Origin: Pocillopora damicornis
Taxonomy: Eukaryota
DNA length: 64,000 nucleotides
Reading direction: 5' to 3'
Assembly (NCBI RefSeq): GCF_003704095.1
Contig: NW_020844153.1
Coordinates: forward strand, 496,001 to 560,000
A program made the position numbers and the translations under genes. The notes under the pieces are model-generated. The model made no database searches, was not told the DNA's origin, and saw only the letters and a program-made list of their open reading frames with translations. How positions within the stretch are numbered: position 1 is the first letter of the stretch; every line of letters starts with the position of its first letter. Positions 24,601-35,800 of the stretch are shown one piece after another.

Positions 24601-27436
24601 ATCCTGTTGTAGATGACACAAGTGCTCAGGCTGCTTTCTCAAGTGAGGAAATCTCTTCTCAGAAGGAGCTGGAAACTAAGACTTACTATTATGATCAACA
24701 AAGTGAGCAAAGCCAGGAATATGGAGGATATTCTGCTGTTGATAATAGCTATTATGTGAGTATAAATACCAATATAAATGCAAACAAGTGCATGTTGTAA
24801 TTGAAATTGCATGTATATATGTGGTAAAATATTTCCATCTGCTTTTTTTAACTTTCAGCATCCCCTATTCCAAATGATTCATAATTGAGGCTGTAAAATT
24901 AAGAGAACTAAGATTAAACCCAAGCTATGATAATTTCTTTTTTTTTAACCTAAAGTTTAAATTTCGCTGTGATATAGACACCATTTACCACATGTAAAAA
25001 GTGTCTGTGTGGCTTTCCTGTTGACATCCAATTGTGGTTCCAGTTGGAAGATAGAGATACATATGCCTGGCTGTATAGTCATGTTGTTATCATGGGATTG
25101 TTAAATGAATGCTGTTTTTTTTTTATCTCCCACTCTCTCTCTATCTCTGTTTTTTTTTTTTCCTGATTGTTTTCTCCTTTTTCCTCAGGCAAATTATAAC
25201 TATAATGCAAGCTCTTCTGCCAGTCACCCTTATTATAATCAAGAGACTGAAAGCTACACCCATATGTACCCTACAAGTGCTACAGGTGTTGTCCAGGGTC
25301 AAGGCAGTCAGGCTGACCAAACACAATTCGATCTAGAGAAGGTACATTGCAAAGGGTCCTTGGTGCACTTTGTACTTAATGTTCTTATTTCTGATGGAAC
25401 TGTTGAACAGAAGTAATGTCGTGTAGGGTGGCCCCCAAACAATAATTGTTGGTATTCCCAAATTGTTAGCCTTTGTAACTTCTATTCAAGCCGTAAACAT
25501 GTAGATGCCAGGTGTATCTGTTAAATCTAAGCGTATTTCAACACATAACAATTGGTGTAACACTCAACAGTTTTTGAGATGTATTAGCCACAATATATAT
25601 GTGACAAAATTTTGCTCATACTGTATACCCTGGGAATTGTCTCCAATCTTTCAACATGCACAAACCGACTTGTAGCTCCAAAAAGGATAAATTAAATAGT
25701 TTCCTGATGGTTGCATGTAATGTTTTCAGATGAAGAAACTCAAAGGAAGAAGAAATCGTGGCGAAGAAATCAACATAGTTGATATTAATGCTGACGATCA
25801 AATAGGGAACTCAGCTGAGATGTTGACGAAATACGGAACCGAAGAAATTGCGTATGCACCTTCTCGGGTAAAGGATGTTACAATTTTTTCTTCCTTTTAA
25901 CACGGAATTTATATCTTGAATACTTAATGCTATTATAAAAAAGAACCAAACAAACAAACCAATATTCCGTTGTGTGTAATTCATAGGTCACAGTCCGTAT
26001 TCCTCGGTCTTCCGATCGACTTTGTGGTTAAGGCTTAACCCTTTCACTCCCAAGATCTCACTCCCAAGATCTCACTCACAAGATCTCACTCCCAAGATCT
26101 CACTCCCAAGATCTCACTCCCAAGATCTCACTCCCAAGATCTCACTCCCAAGATCTCACTCCCAAGATCTCACTCCCAAGATCTCACTCCCAAGATCTCA
26201 CTCCCAAGATCTCACTCCCAAGATCTCACTCCCAAGATCTCACTCCCAAGATCTCAGTGGTAATTCTCCTTACTGTTTTCCATACAATCCTCGTGATGTT
26301 AATACGGAGAATTTGGTGTTGGATTAACTACTAATCCCCTAATTGATAGTATTCTTTATTCTTATCACTAATCTACTCGAAACTGTATCGCAATTGCAAG
26401 GAGAAATTCTATTTTGGTCACTTATGGGAATTTAAGGGTTGAGCAGTGCTATCCTGCGAGGAGGCCCTTATTATTTGCTCTTTCCACCCGCCCATAAATT
26501 TTAGTCCTTGAGCAATAAAATCCTTCAAGAGTTCTGCAAGTGGTCTGGTACTTAGTTCCAGATCCCTTGCAGACCTCTCGCTGGCTCGCTTTGCTCCCGG
26601 CCCCAAACTTACTCGCGGGCGAAGAAATGCTGATACAGCCTAAAGCAATTGTTTATGATTGCTGAAGGATTTTCGAAATCCTAGATTGGACTCTTCTTGG
26701 GAGGAGCAATCGGAACTTGTTTTTCCTTTGCCTGTGGCGCTGATCAAAACTTGAACGGTGTAATGTGCTCATGTTAGCTGAAGAGGAAACGTTCGCTGTT
26801 CATTCACTCGTGTCTCTTTTTGCTTTTATATACAGAAAAAGAAAGACATGCCAACAGCTCAACAAAGAAGAAAACATCAGATCACTTATTTGGCTTATCA
26901 GGTAAGTTTTGATGGGAGGACTGGCGCCTGCGCGGGTTTCACATCACACTTATCAGACTCTGTCTCTCAGACAAACGGGAATCACTTTATATCCATCTCC
27001 CGGCGTGTTAGTTTGGCTCATCAATTGTTATGGGTATTTAAATATACGTGCAACTGTTTACTGAAGTGGATAAAGTATAGAATGTAAATGTTAAAGATAT
27101 CCATAGAATTCAAGGACACTGTACATCAAGTGAGCGCGGATGTAAGCACGATTGGTGGTTTTCACTGTCTTATGTGAGTTTTTGCAACATGACGGAAGGG
27201 CTAAAACGTTCGTTGTCCATGTCACTTTTAGATCAGTAAAATGCATTATTAAAACTAACTGCCAGTATGATTGTATTCTCCGTTCTTTGCGTACGATTCT
27301 AAACCAAATAATTTTTTCGAGTTGTATCTGAATTTTGTTCCTTTTGTAGGCTAAAGAGAGAGAGCTGGAATTACGCCAACAGTGGTCGGCTAATCGACAA
27401 ACTCGCAGACAAACTCAGTCAAAGTATGGATTTTAA
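21646..27436 (+). CDS. PRCC: PRCC (proline-rich mitotic checkpoint control factor) orthologue, 545 aa, 7 exons: 21646-22200, 23580-23636, 24174-24755, 25189-25341, 25730-25867, 26836-26901, 27350-27436
   Basis: N-terminus MSLVAYGSSGDEES; internal GSGLKALLPKPK; conserved C-terminal domain GRRNRGEEINIVDINADDQ...PTAQQRRKHQITYLAYQAKERELELRQQWSANRQTRRQTQSKYGF*. All six introns are GT-AG, phase 0, and join in frame. Confidence 0.95.
23060..23190 (+). mobile_element. Heavily decayed SINE-like fragment in PRCC intron 1
   Basis: catgttcctggttaagatgctcgactcttactgtgcgtatctcc resembles 37290-37332 (cgtattcttggacgagacgtctaactgtcagagtgcctcatt), a CORE-like SINE central block. Confidence 0.35.
23945..24151 (+). 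mobile_element. ~205-bp TTAA/CCCTTT-terminal MITE, copy 1 (PRCC intron 2)
   Basis: Clearly homologous to 26035..26442 and 41832..42039 (gtaattctcc...ggagaatttggt...ctaattgata...attctcatcact...gaaattct...gtcact..tggga..aagg). Termini are degenerate in this copy. Confidence 0.85.
26035..26442 (+). mobile_element. TTAA/CCCTTT-terminal MITE, copy 2 (PRCC intron 5), expanded by an internal minisatellite
   Basis: Starts TTAACCCTTTCACTCCC, ends TTTAAGGGTTGA; body homologous to copies 1 and 3. Confidence 0.85.
26045..26254. repeat. Minisatellite: 15 tandem copies of CACTCCCAAGATCT (14 bp)
   Basis: 210 bp = 15 units, with one variant unit (CACTCACAAGATCT). Explains the 14-aa periodic ORF 26022..26327. 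Confidence 0.95.
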
Positions 27437-29862
27437 GAGTCGATGTAGTATCTTTGTACATGTAACCAGATTCTGCTGTGAGCTCAAATGCAGCAGACAC
27501 AGTACAATTGCATTTGAATTTGCTTCCTTTTTCTGCTCTTAAGTTGTAAGTCAACTACCTGCTGACTTACTTCTCCAAAAGGTCAGTTTGACTATTCAGT
27601 CTATTTTTGCGTACGTGCATCTACTAATTGTCGTATAGTTCAAGTAGCTTCCTGGTATCCCATTTATGTGTTGTTTCCTGTACACATGTGCGTGAATTTA
27701 GTTATGCATACAGTGCACGTTAAGGGTGCCGACGTGTCCCCCATTGTTACAGAAGACACTGGGGTCTCAAGTTGAAAGCAAATCGTCCAAGATACCTCAG
27801 CAAGTAGTGATAAAGATGAATGGCCCCACGCGTGGTAGAGCTGAGTTGATTGTCAGCGAGAGGATGGTTGGAAGGTAGCGATATATATTGCACTGAACGC
27901 GGCCACTTGCTATTTGCTTCAACTCGAAAAATAGTATTTGTGGATCGTCTTTACACTCAGACATTTTTTAGAGAACTAAGCAAAAGAATTGGGTGCAAAG
28001 ATTTTTCCTTCCCTTTCCGGATGATTAGAACGATTTACCATTGGTGAATGATATCCTCAGGGAACCATCAGCCTATCAAAAAGCCGGTCAAAATCGCTGT
28101 AACGACCTGGCATTCCCTTGGTGCACACTGTCGACCAAAGTTCACAACAGCTGCGGCAGAAATGGTACAAACAAAACAACAATTTTACTTAAGAACTATA
28201 TTTGAGCAGTTAACTGTTAAAGATTTCCGTAGAACCCCATACTTTTGAAAACAAAGCCTCAATGTCAATCGGTTAATCCTAGAACTGTATACATAATGAA
28301 GTAGGGAGCTGTGCGGAAATCTTGCTAAAAACTGTAATATAATCTGTGGATTTACATGAATGTAAAAAGTGAGCGGTCTTACGACCTTACTGAATAAATC
28401 TCCGATAACGAAGAGAATTATGTTGATGTATTACACGGAACAGCTACGCAAAAGAAACGCGTTAACTCTGTACTTGTGAAGTTCGATGTTTCTTGATTGT
28501 CAGATCAATTCTTGCAGTGTCGTCCTCTTGAGCTTGATTTGAAAAAGACTTATTTGATCGCTGGAGGCCAGAACCGTTATTTGGTAAATAATGGTCTCAA
28601 GAATTCATACGGAAATCGGAACTCGAAGGCCGCAGTTTTATTAGTTTACTCATGCATAATTGCCATAATCGTCAAATTCCTTGCTTAATTCCTTTGACAA
28701 ATATTGGAGTCCCCGGCGTTTCTCGAATTAAGGTCCCAACCCGTTTGGAAGACCTTTATCGTTGTGTTATTGTAATTTCAGACAGCATGTATCGACCAGT
28801 ATTGAGAAAACTAAAATTAAATTCCGTGGACCTGATTGAAAACCTTACGAACAATAAGGAACCAATAATTATAGATGTAATACCTACTTTTAGTAGCTAT
28901 TCCGTATTTGACAACCAAAAGTACTAGCGGATTATTCTTCAATTCTATCTGTTAATTTCTCTTGAGGCCCAATATAGCGAACCGGTCCACGTTCGTCTGA
29001 TTCACAGCTAAGTCGTTTTACAATTTTACCGCATTTTTTCAGTGGCATAATTTACGTAGTTGAGTACACTCAGTTTTTTTCTCTTTGCACTGCTTAGAAC
29101 GCAGTATTAAATGAGATATTTAATTGTTCGTTTGCGTACATTTACAGACTATATATACAATTCCGAAAAAAAAAATTTCCTAACAAGATCATTCATAATG
29201 TCACTATCACCGCGAGGTCCTGGCGCAAGGCTACGAACGAGAATTTCGCCCTCAGAATTAATATTGTGGTAACCTAAGACTTACCCATTAAATATCCCAG
29301 GATGCATTACGGCAGTTATAAGACGTACTTCTGTAAATTCAGGTTAGGTTTGAGAGAAATTCCTCGTTCACGGTCTAGATTTTTGAGCTGTAGAGTTTTA
29401 TAAACTGCCATCGGCGACTCCATTTTATTTCGCGCTATCTATGACTAGAAGCATCGATAACTGACCTTCACCCTGTTTATTTGGGATGATGTTTGTTAAG
29501 AAATGTCATCTCTCTTAATATCATTAATTACTTAACTCAGAATCTTCTCTATAAAATGCAAAATGCTGCAAAGGACACAACATTCATAAACATCTATTTC
29601 TGGGTTCTTGAGTATACACTTTTGTGTCGCACTTGCGGCATTTAAATCTTGTGTTGAACAAGAAAAGCATGCGTTATCTTTACGACATTGTATCTCAGAC
29701 TACGCCTCCATGACTTGTGAAAGGAACTTCCCACCAGCCAGCGTGGAAAGAGGTAAATTGACAAATAATCCCTTGGTGGCACATTGGGACCCGAAGCTCT
29801 TTAGTCATGTTATTATTGCTCCATCATAAAGCGATACATCTCAGTGTCGACCTCTAGGTTGA

Positions 29863-32800
29863 TCAAAGAGCCTGGTAATCTTCTGGGATAGTTTCTATAG
29901 AGAAATGGAAAGTTTCTTGTCAGTAATGCGGAGAAAGCAGCTAGAGAAAGCTTTGCAGTTTTATGTAGCTTGCTCGACTAGGTAAATGGAACTATCGAGT
30001 TTACAGCCTTGGCAGATACGTTTGCAACGCTGTGAAATCTAAGGTGCGTGCGTGCGTGGGTACCAAGGCATTTACATCGACACTTACCACTACATCTGTA
30101 TGAAAGATTTTTCCACAGCACTTGCCCTTGTGAAAACACATACATCCCGACTTTGCCGCCTTTGAGAGTCTTGTCAATTATATATCCGGTATCCACTAGT
30201 ATCTCGCCTTCAACATAAACGACCAGTCTAAAAAAATAACGGTTACAGTAAATTAAAAAATAGACCACACACTGTTGTTTCACGGTCATTTTCAAGCATT
30301 TTGGTTACATTAAGGTCGCTTGGAGAATTCACGACGAGTGGTGAAGATCGAACAGAATTCACCTTTCCTAACTTTTCCGACATAGTATCTTTTCTTCTTT
30401 AGATAAGTGAACTATAGTTGTTTAGACTTACTTTATTAGTCCAATGGACGGTCTGTGCATCAGCCTAAATTCATGATCTGTTTCGTCCTTCCATGCTCTT
30501 TCCTTGCTGTCTCGCCAAATTTCTTTACTCTAAGGAGATATGGCATCCAGATTAGTTTGTTCCACGTACACTGATGCAGTTCTAATGCCTTGGTTTCTGA
30601 GACCAATTTTAAATTATATGTATTTTTTTGTTTGTTTGAGGTACATCCAAAAGGAATTTGAAGTGTGATCTTAGTTGCAATAGTATACGTTTTTTTCTCG
30701 GAAAAATGTAAGGGTACGATTTTCGTAATGATGGAGATGAAATACGAGTTCCTCGGCTCTTTCCGGAACGGAACTGGAAAGTTCACCCTCGTAGTTCACG
30801 TGGTTACTGAGCTAGAAAAATGCATAACTGGCGCTAAAATCAAAGCTTGGTAACCAGGCTTAAGTTTCCCAAAGGGGTGGGCTAATACCAAGAGGCCAAA
30901 GGAGTTGTCATTTCTAAGTTTTTACTTACTTCTCCATCTACGTCACCAGAATGCCACAGTGCATTTCTGAGAGCAAATCCAGGACCAGTTTTAGAATCAA
31001 TAAGCTGCAAGATAAAGAATCAAAGAAACAAATAAGAAAACGGACAAAATTTCTTCAAGTTCCCATGTTACGCAGTGAAGAAAATTACTTGTGTTGTGGA
31101 GGGGGCAGGTGGGGAAGAGGGACCAGGCCCCAGCAAACCTGAGAGCTGCCCATGTGCGTCACGAGTTTTCGTTACCGGCAATCAGTGAAACTTCGAAACT
31201 GGCTAAGGAAAGTATGGTGAATCCGCAATTGATACGCTGAACTTTACTCATCTTAAAATTATAAAATGTTTACTCGAGTATGAATTACCTTAATTTGTAT
31301 TCCTTTTACTGCTTTTGCCCTAAACGGTTGCACATCCCAGTACACTTGATCTTCCTGTTTCCATGATATGACGTAGAACTGTCGGTTGTTTTGGTAACTG
31401 AACACTAATCCCACGAAATCGTCATCGTGTTTTGTTGAAACTCGAAGTGTTCCGTTGAAATCCACACCGTTAAACCGAACATTCCCTAAAGTTGTAAGAG
31501 AGTCAAAAATTAGTTATTTTCATTCAAGTCATAGGATCAAACATTTTAAATAAATACTTTGGTTTGAAACCAACATTGCTTCATATGACTAATGTACGGT
31601 AGGTAAATGCCTCCACTTCGTCAACCGAGTAGATGCGAGTCAAAGGTAGTCTTACACTTGACAAGTTTTCTTGGTTGACTGTTGTTGTGGGTTATCTGTG
31701 AAGAGTATTATGTCTGCTTCTGGGAAACATACTCGAGATAGAGGGTTGCACCAAAGTTGGCCATCTTACAGCAGGCCGTACTTTGCTCTAGGTCAAACAC
31801 ACAAATTTTATTCTGGTCTCTTTGCTATCCTCCGTTGTCACCAATGACATACCAAGCACTGCGCAACTTCCCTAACTGAGGCTGCTACAGAGGGAATCTT
31901 TGACACTTACCGACAGCAATCCCCGGATCACTGTTCTCTTCTTCTGATACTTTAGTGCCCTAAAAACATAGCAATCAGAAACTTTAAGTCATCATCTACT
32001 TGTAACATGATACATTGTAATTCAGCAGTGGCAGCTCCTCAAGGTAGCTCTCTGTCCACAGATTTCTAGGTCAAAATTGGAATTTGGAGTGTTGGTCTTT
32101 GTAAAGGACTGAAAAAAAGAGACCGCGAAGGGAAACCTTCGAAGCAAGGACAACAAACGGTAGAACTTACAATGGGTTAAAAGAGGTAAGGTCCTTATTT
32201 AAAGAAGAGCGCCGAGAGCTCTCCTTGAATGGTCCTTATACCTTATCCACACCCACAAAAAACTGAGTGGGAGAGGAGATGGATAAGTGGCAAATGCTAA
32301 TGTGCTAATGTGCAGGTAACGGCTTACTGGTCGGGGAACTTAACAAAAGCCGAGGAGTAATTCTACGATGGACTGGAATCCTATTTGAGAGGATTAGCTA
32401 GATTCCTAGTTGTGGGATGGCTCCTGTAACCGGATATACACTAGCGGAGTTGGCCTACGGGTTGGTAAAACGACTGAACCATGTAACATTTAATTTTCCA
32501 TCAAAATAAGGCATCTTCTCACCGTCCCATCCACCGCCCAGATGGGTGGCCTGCTTTGGCGTTCAGTTGGACTAAGATCAATTTTTATCAGGTTGGTAAA
32601 GTCTGTGTGGGTCACATGATGATTAATCGAGCACGCATCCTCATAATCCGGGATCTTATCGCCATCGAAATCGCCATCACAGGGGTCTCCGAGACCGTTT
32701 CCTGAAATGAGCAGAAATCGTTGGTTGACAATTTTACTACAGATCGATGTAAAAGTCAAAATGCTGATTAAACACAGCGTCACTTGCTCTTAAAGGACAG

Positions 32801-35800
32801 CATAGGTTTACTTACCATTCAAATCTCGCTGAGTAGGATTGGGTACCAGTTGACAGTTATCAATTCTATCCGGAACTCCGTCATCATCGTCATCGTCATC
32901 ACAGGCATCACCTGGATGAAGACAAAAGAAATGATTTTTTACAACAATTTCTGCACTGTGGCTCACTGCAGCTAATAAAACTCTGATTTGCTTGGCATTT
33001 AACTTAACTCCTCGGCGTATTTTGGCCAGCGTTCAGTATTCCATCGTTAAAGGTATGATCGTAAATCTGATTTTTATGGAATAGGAAGTTAAGTTGGATA
33101 AAGTACGAAATTTCTTCTTCGTGGTTCGACGATGGGAAGAGGGAGGAGAAGGACGGTGGGGAAAAGCACAGGGACAGGAAAGTCTTTCGTGTTCTTTCCT
33201 GGTCCACCCCTTTCCCCCCCTTCCTCTTCTTCCATGTCGCCCTACCCTAAGCTGTAGGTTACCGAAGGTTATTCTCATTTTTTATTGTATTTTTTGTATT
33301 TACTTGAGGTCTCCTAAAAACACGATGATGCTTAATATATCAATGCGTACATTAAGTTGAGTACTTTTTCTTTTGTCGATTTTTTTTTTAATCATCGTTA
33401 TTGTAGTTGTTGTTATTGTTATCATCTTAGTTATCATTAAAACATTAGGAAAATAATGTGTTTTGCCAACCTTGCTGATCTTGGTCGTTATCTATCTGGT
33501 CTGGGTTGGTAACTCCTCTGCAGTTATCGATCATGTCATCCACGCCGTCGTTATCGTCATCTCTGTTCAAGTCACAGTTATTTCCCAGTCCATCGCTGTC
33601 TCTGTCAATCTATAAATAAATCAACATGTAGACAGTCAATAAAATGCTCGCCCGGCTTTTTAAGGTAGAAGAAACGCTTGTCTTGAGTAAGAACTAATCA
33701 AAAGGCACGTGTGATTTAGCTCATTGTATAATTCCTCTTAGTCACCTGTTTGCTGTTCATTGTCGAGGGGCAGTTGTCGCACTTGTCACCAACTGTGTCT
33801 CCATCTCTGTCTTCTTGCTGTGGATTGTAGGTAACTGGACAGTTATCTTGGGAGTTTAATACGCCTGTGAAGAGATATAGACAAGTGAGGCTATTTGGTT
33901 GAAAAGCTGTCTTCTTGTTCAAATTCTGGTAGCCTGTGGTAGACTATCGGGAAAAAGAGACTAATATATGAGCGGGCGAGGGAAAAAACGGCACAGTTCT
34001 TACGAGTGACTTCAATTACCTTTTCTATTTCTTTCTATAGCCCAGCTTAGTAGCACTCTCCCGCAAAATGACTACCTGAAAGTGGCTTAATTGTGCAGTG
34101 ACAGGAATTCGATCAGTTTTGATATTTGGAAGGGACGAGATATGAAGTTAACAACTGATAGACATCAACCAGGAAGTCTCTAACGACACCAAGGTTTATC
34201 GCAACCGTTGTGCGCATACTCTTTTTAAACCCGCGTTCTTCTTTTTAATCCCATGTTCTTTCTTAACCCCGTGTTTTCAATTTGATCAAAATGAGCAAGG
34301 AAAAAGAGAATTATAAAGTAAAATAGTCTGTATTGAAATTTGCAAAAGAGGAACAAATCATTTTACCATCTCCATCCACGTCTTTGTCGCATACGTCGCC
34401 TATTCCATCTTTGTCAATATCGCCCTGGAACTTGTTGGTGACGTAAGGACAATTGTCGCATTCGTCGCCAAATGGATCGCCATCGACGTTGCTTTGTCCT
34501 GCGTTATAATGATGGGGACAATTATCCTGACGAAGAAAACGAGGATGGAATTCGCAATTAGTGGTCATTGCGTAAGATTGTCTTTAGCACTTGCAATTTC
34601 CTCAGCGACACCCAAGTTATAGGTACGATGTCTAAAGTAATTGAATCATGACAAACACATCACATGCGCAACACTCTTGCAAAGTGCAACCTCTACTGAA
34701 TCGATAACAAAATTTTTCGGACAGCAAGAATAAGATGGTTTTTCCAATATCTAATACATTTGCTTTGTAACAAGATCAACATTGAGCGGGGAAACTCACT
34801 CAAAACGCTAGAAAAAAAGACATGCTTTGTTTATGGTGCACCTGTCTGGTGTAATACTTACCACATCGTTGTTAACGTTGTCCCCGTCCAGGTCTTCGTC
34901 ACATACGTCACCTATTCCGTCCTCATCGAGGTCCTTCTGATCTAGATTTGGTATTCGCGGACAGTTATCCTAAAAGAGATAAGCGAAGTAATTAAGGACC
35001 AGAGAAATAGATATGACTTGCAAGAGTGAAACGGAATTCTAAACTGGACAGCCTTTGTTCCATACGGTCACGTTCAATTTGGAAACAGGATGCATCCTTG
35101 AAGATAAGATGAGAGATTCAGCTTCGCAAACGAGAGGAAATGTAAGTAGTTGGCTGATATCCTGGTTTCACCAACATCTATTAGATCAAATCCCGAAGAC
35201 TATTCGATTCGAATAGATGTTTAAATGTCACGTAGAAAATGGTCGTGAAACAATTTCTAGCTAATTTTTCGTCAACTGTTCAGTCTGATCCAACTGATGT
35301 TCCACCCATGGGAAGTTCTACATTAAAAAAGACTCGTTGCAGTCGTGGGAAAATAGATGCACCGAGGACAGGAGAGGGTACTTTCTCTTACCTTACGACA
35401 TATCTTTTCTGTGCAGTTTAGTTCAATATCTGGAAAACCGTCTAAATCACCGTCCTCTGCACACAAGTGACCTTCTCCCGCATAACCAGGACGACACTTC
35501 AAAAAAAAATTAAACTAAGTCAGTACCAGAGAAAGCTCAATTTAAGAAATGACCATGACTCAAAAAATTAAATTAGCGAGTCCAATTTCAGGCTGAAAGT
35601 TGAGAGTTTACAAAATGTACCTCGCACTTGTAGTTTCGACCGCTCTGAAGTCGAATGCATTTTGCATGCTGATTGCAAGGATTGCTTCTGGGATCGTTTG
35701 GATCGCAGTAACTCAGATGGTAACATGCGTGTCTTGGATCACCGGTAAATCCCTCAGGACAAGGCGAACAATCGTATGATCCCTGTAACAAAGATAGTTC

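Noticed and set aside
26022-26327. ORF with a 14-aa repeat (TPKISLPRSHSQDL), or a CRISPR-like array
   Set aside because: Translation artefact of a 14-bp tandem repeat inside an intronic MITE; there are no spacers and the context is eukaryotic.
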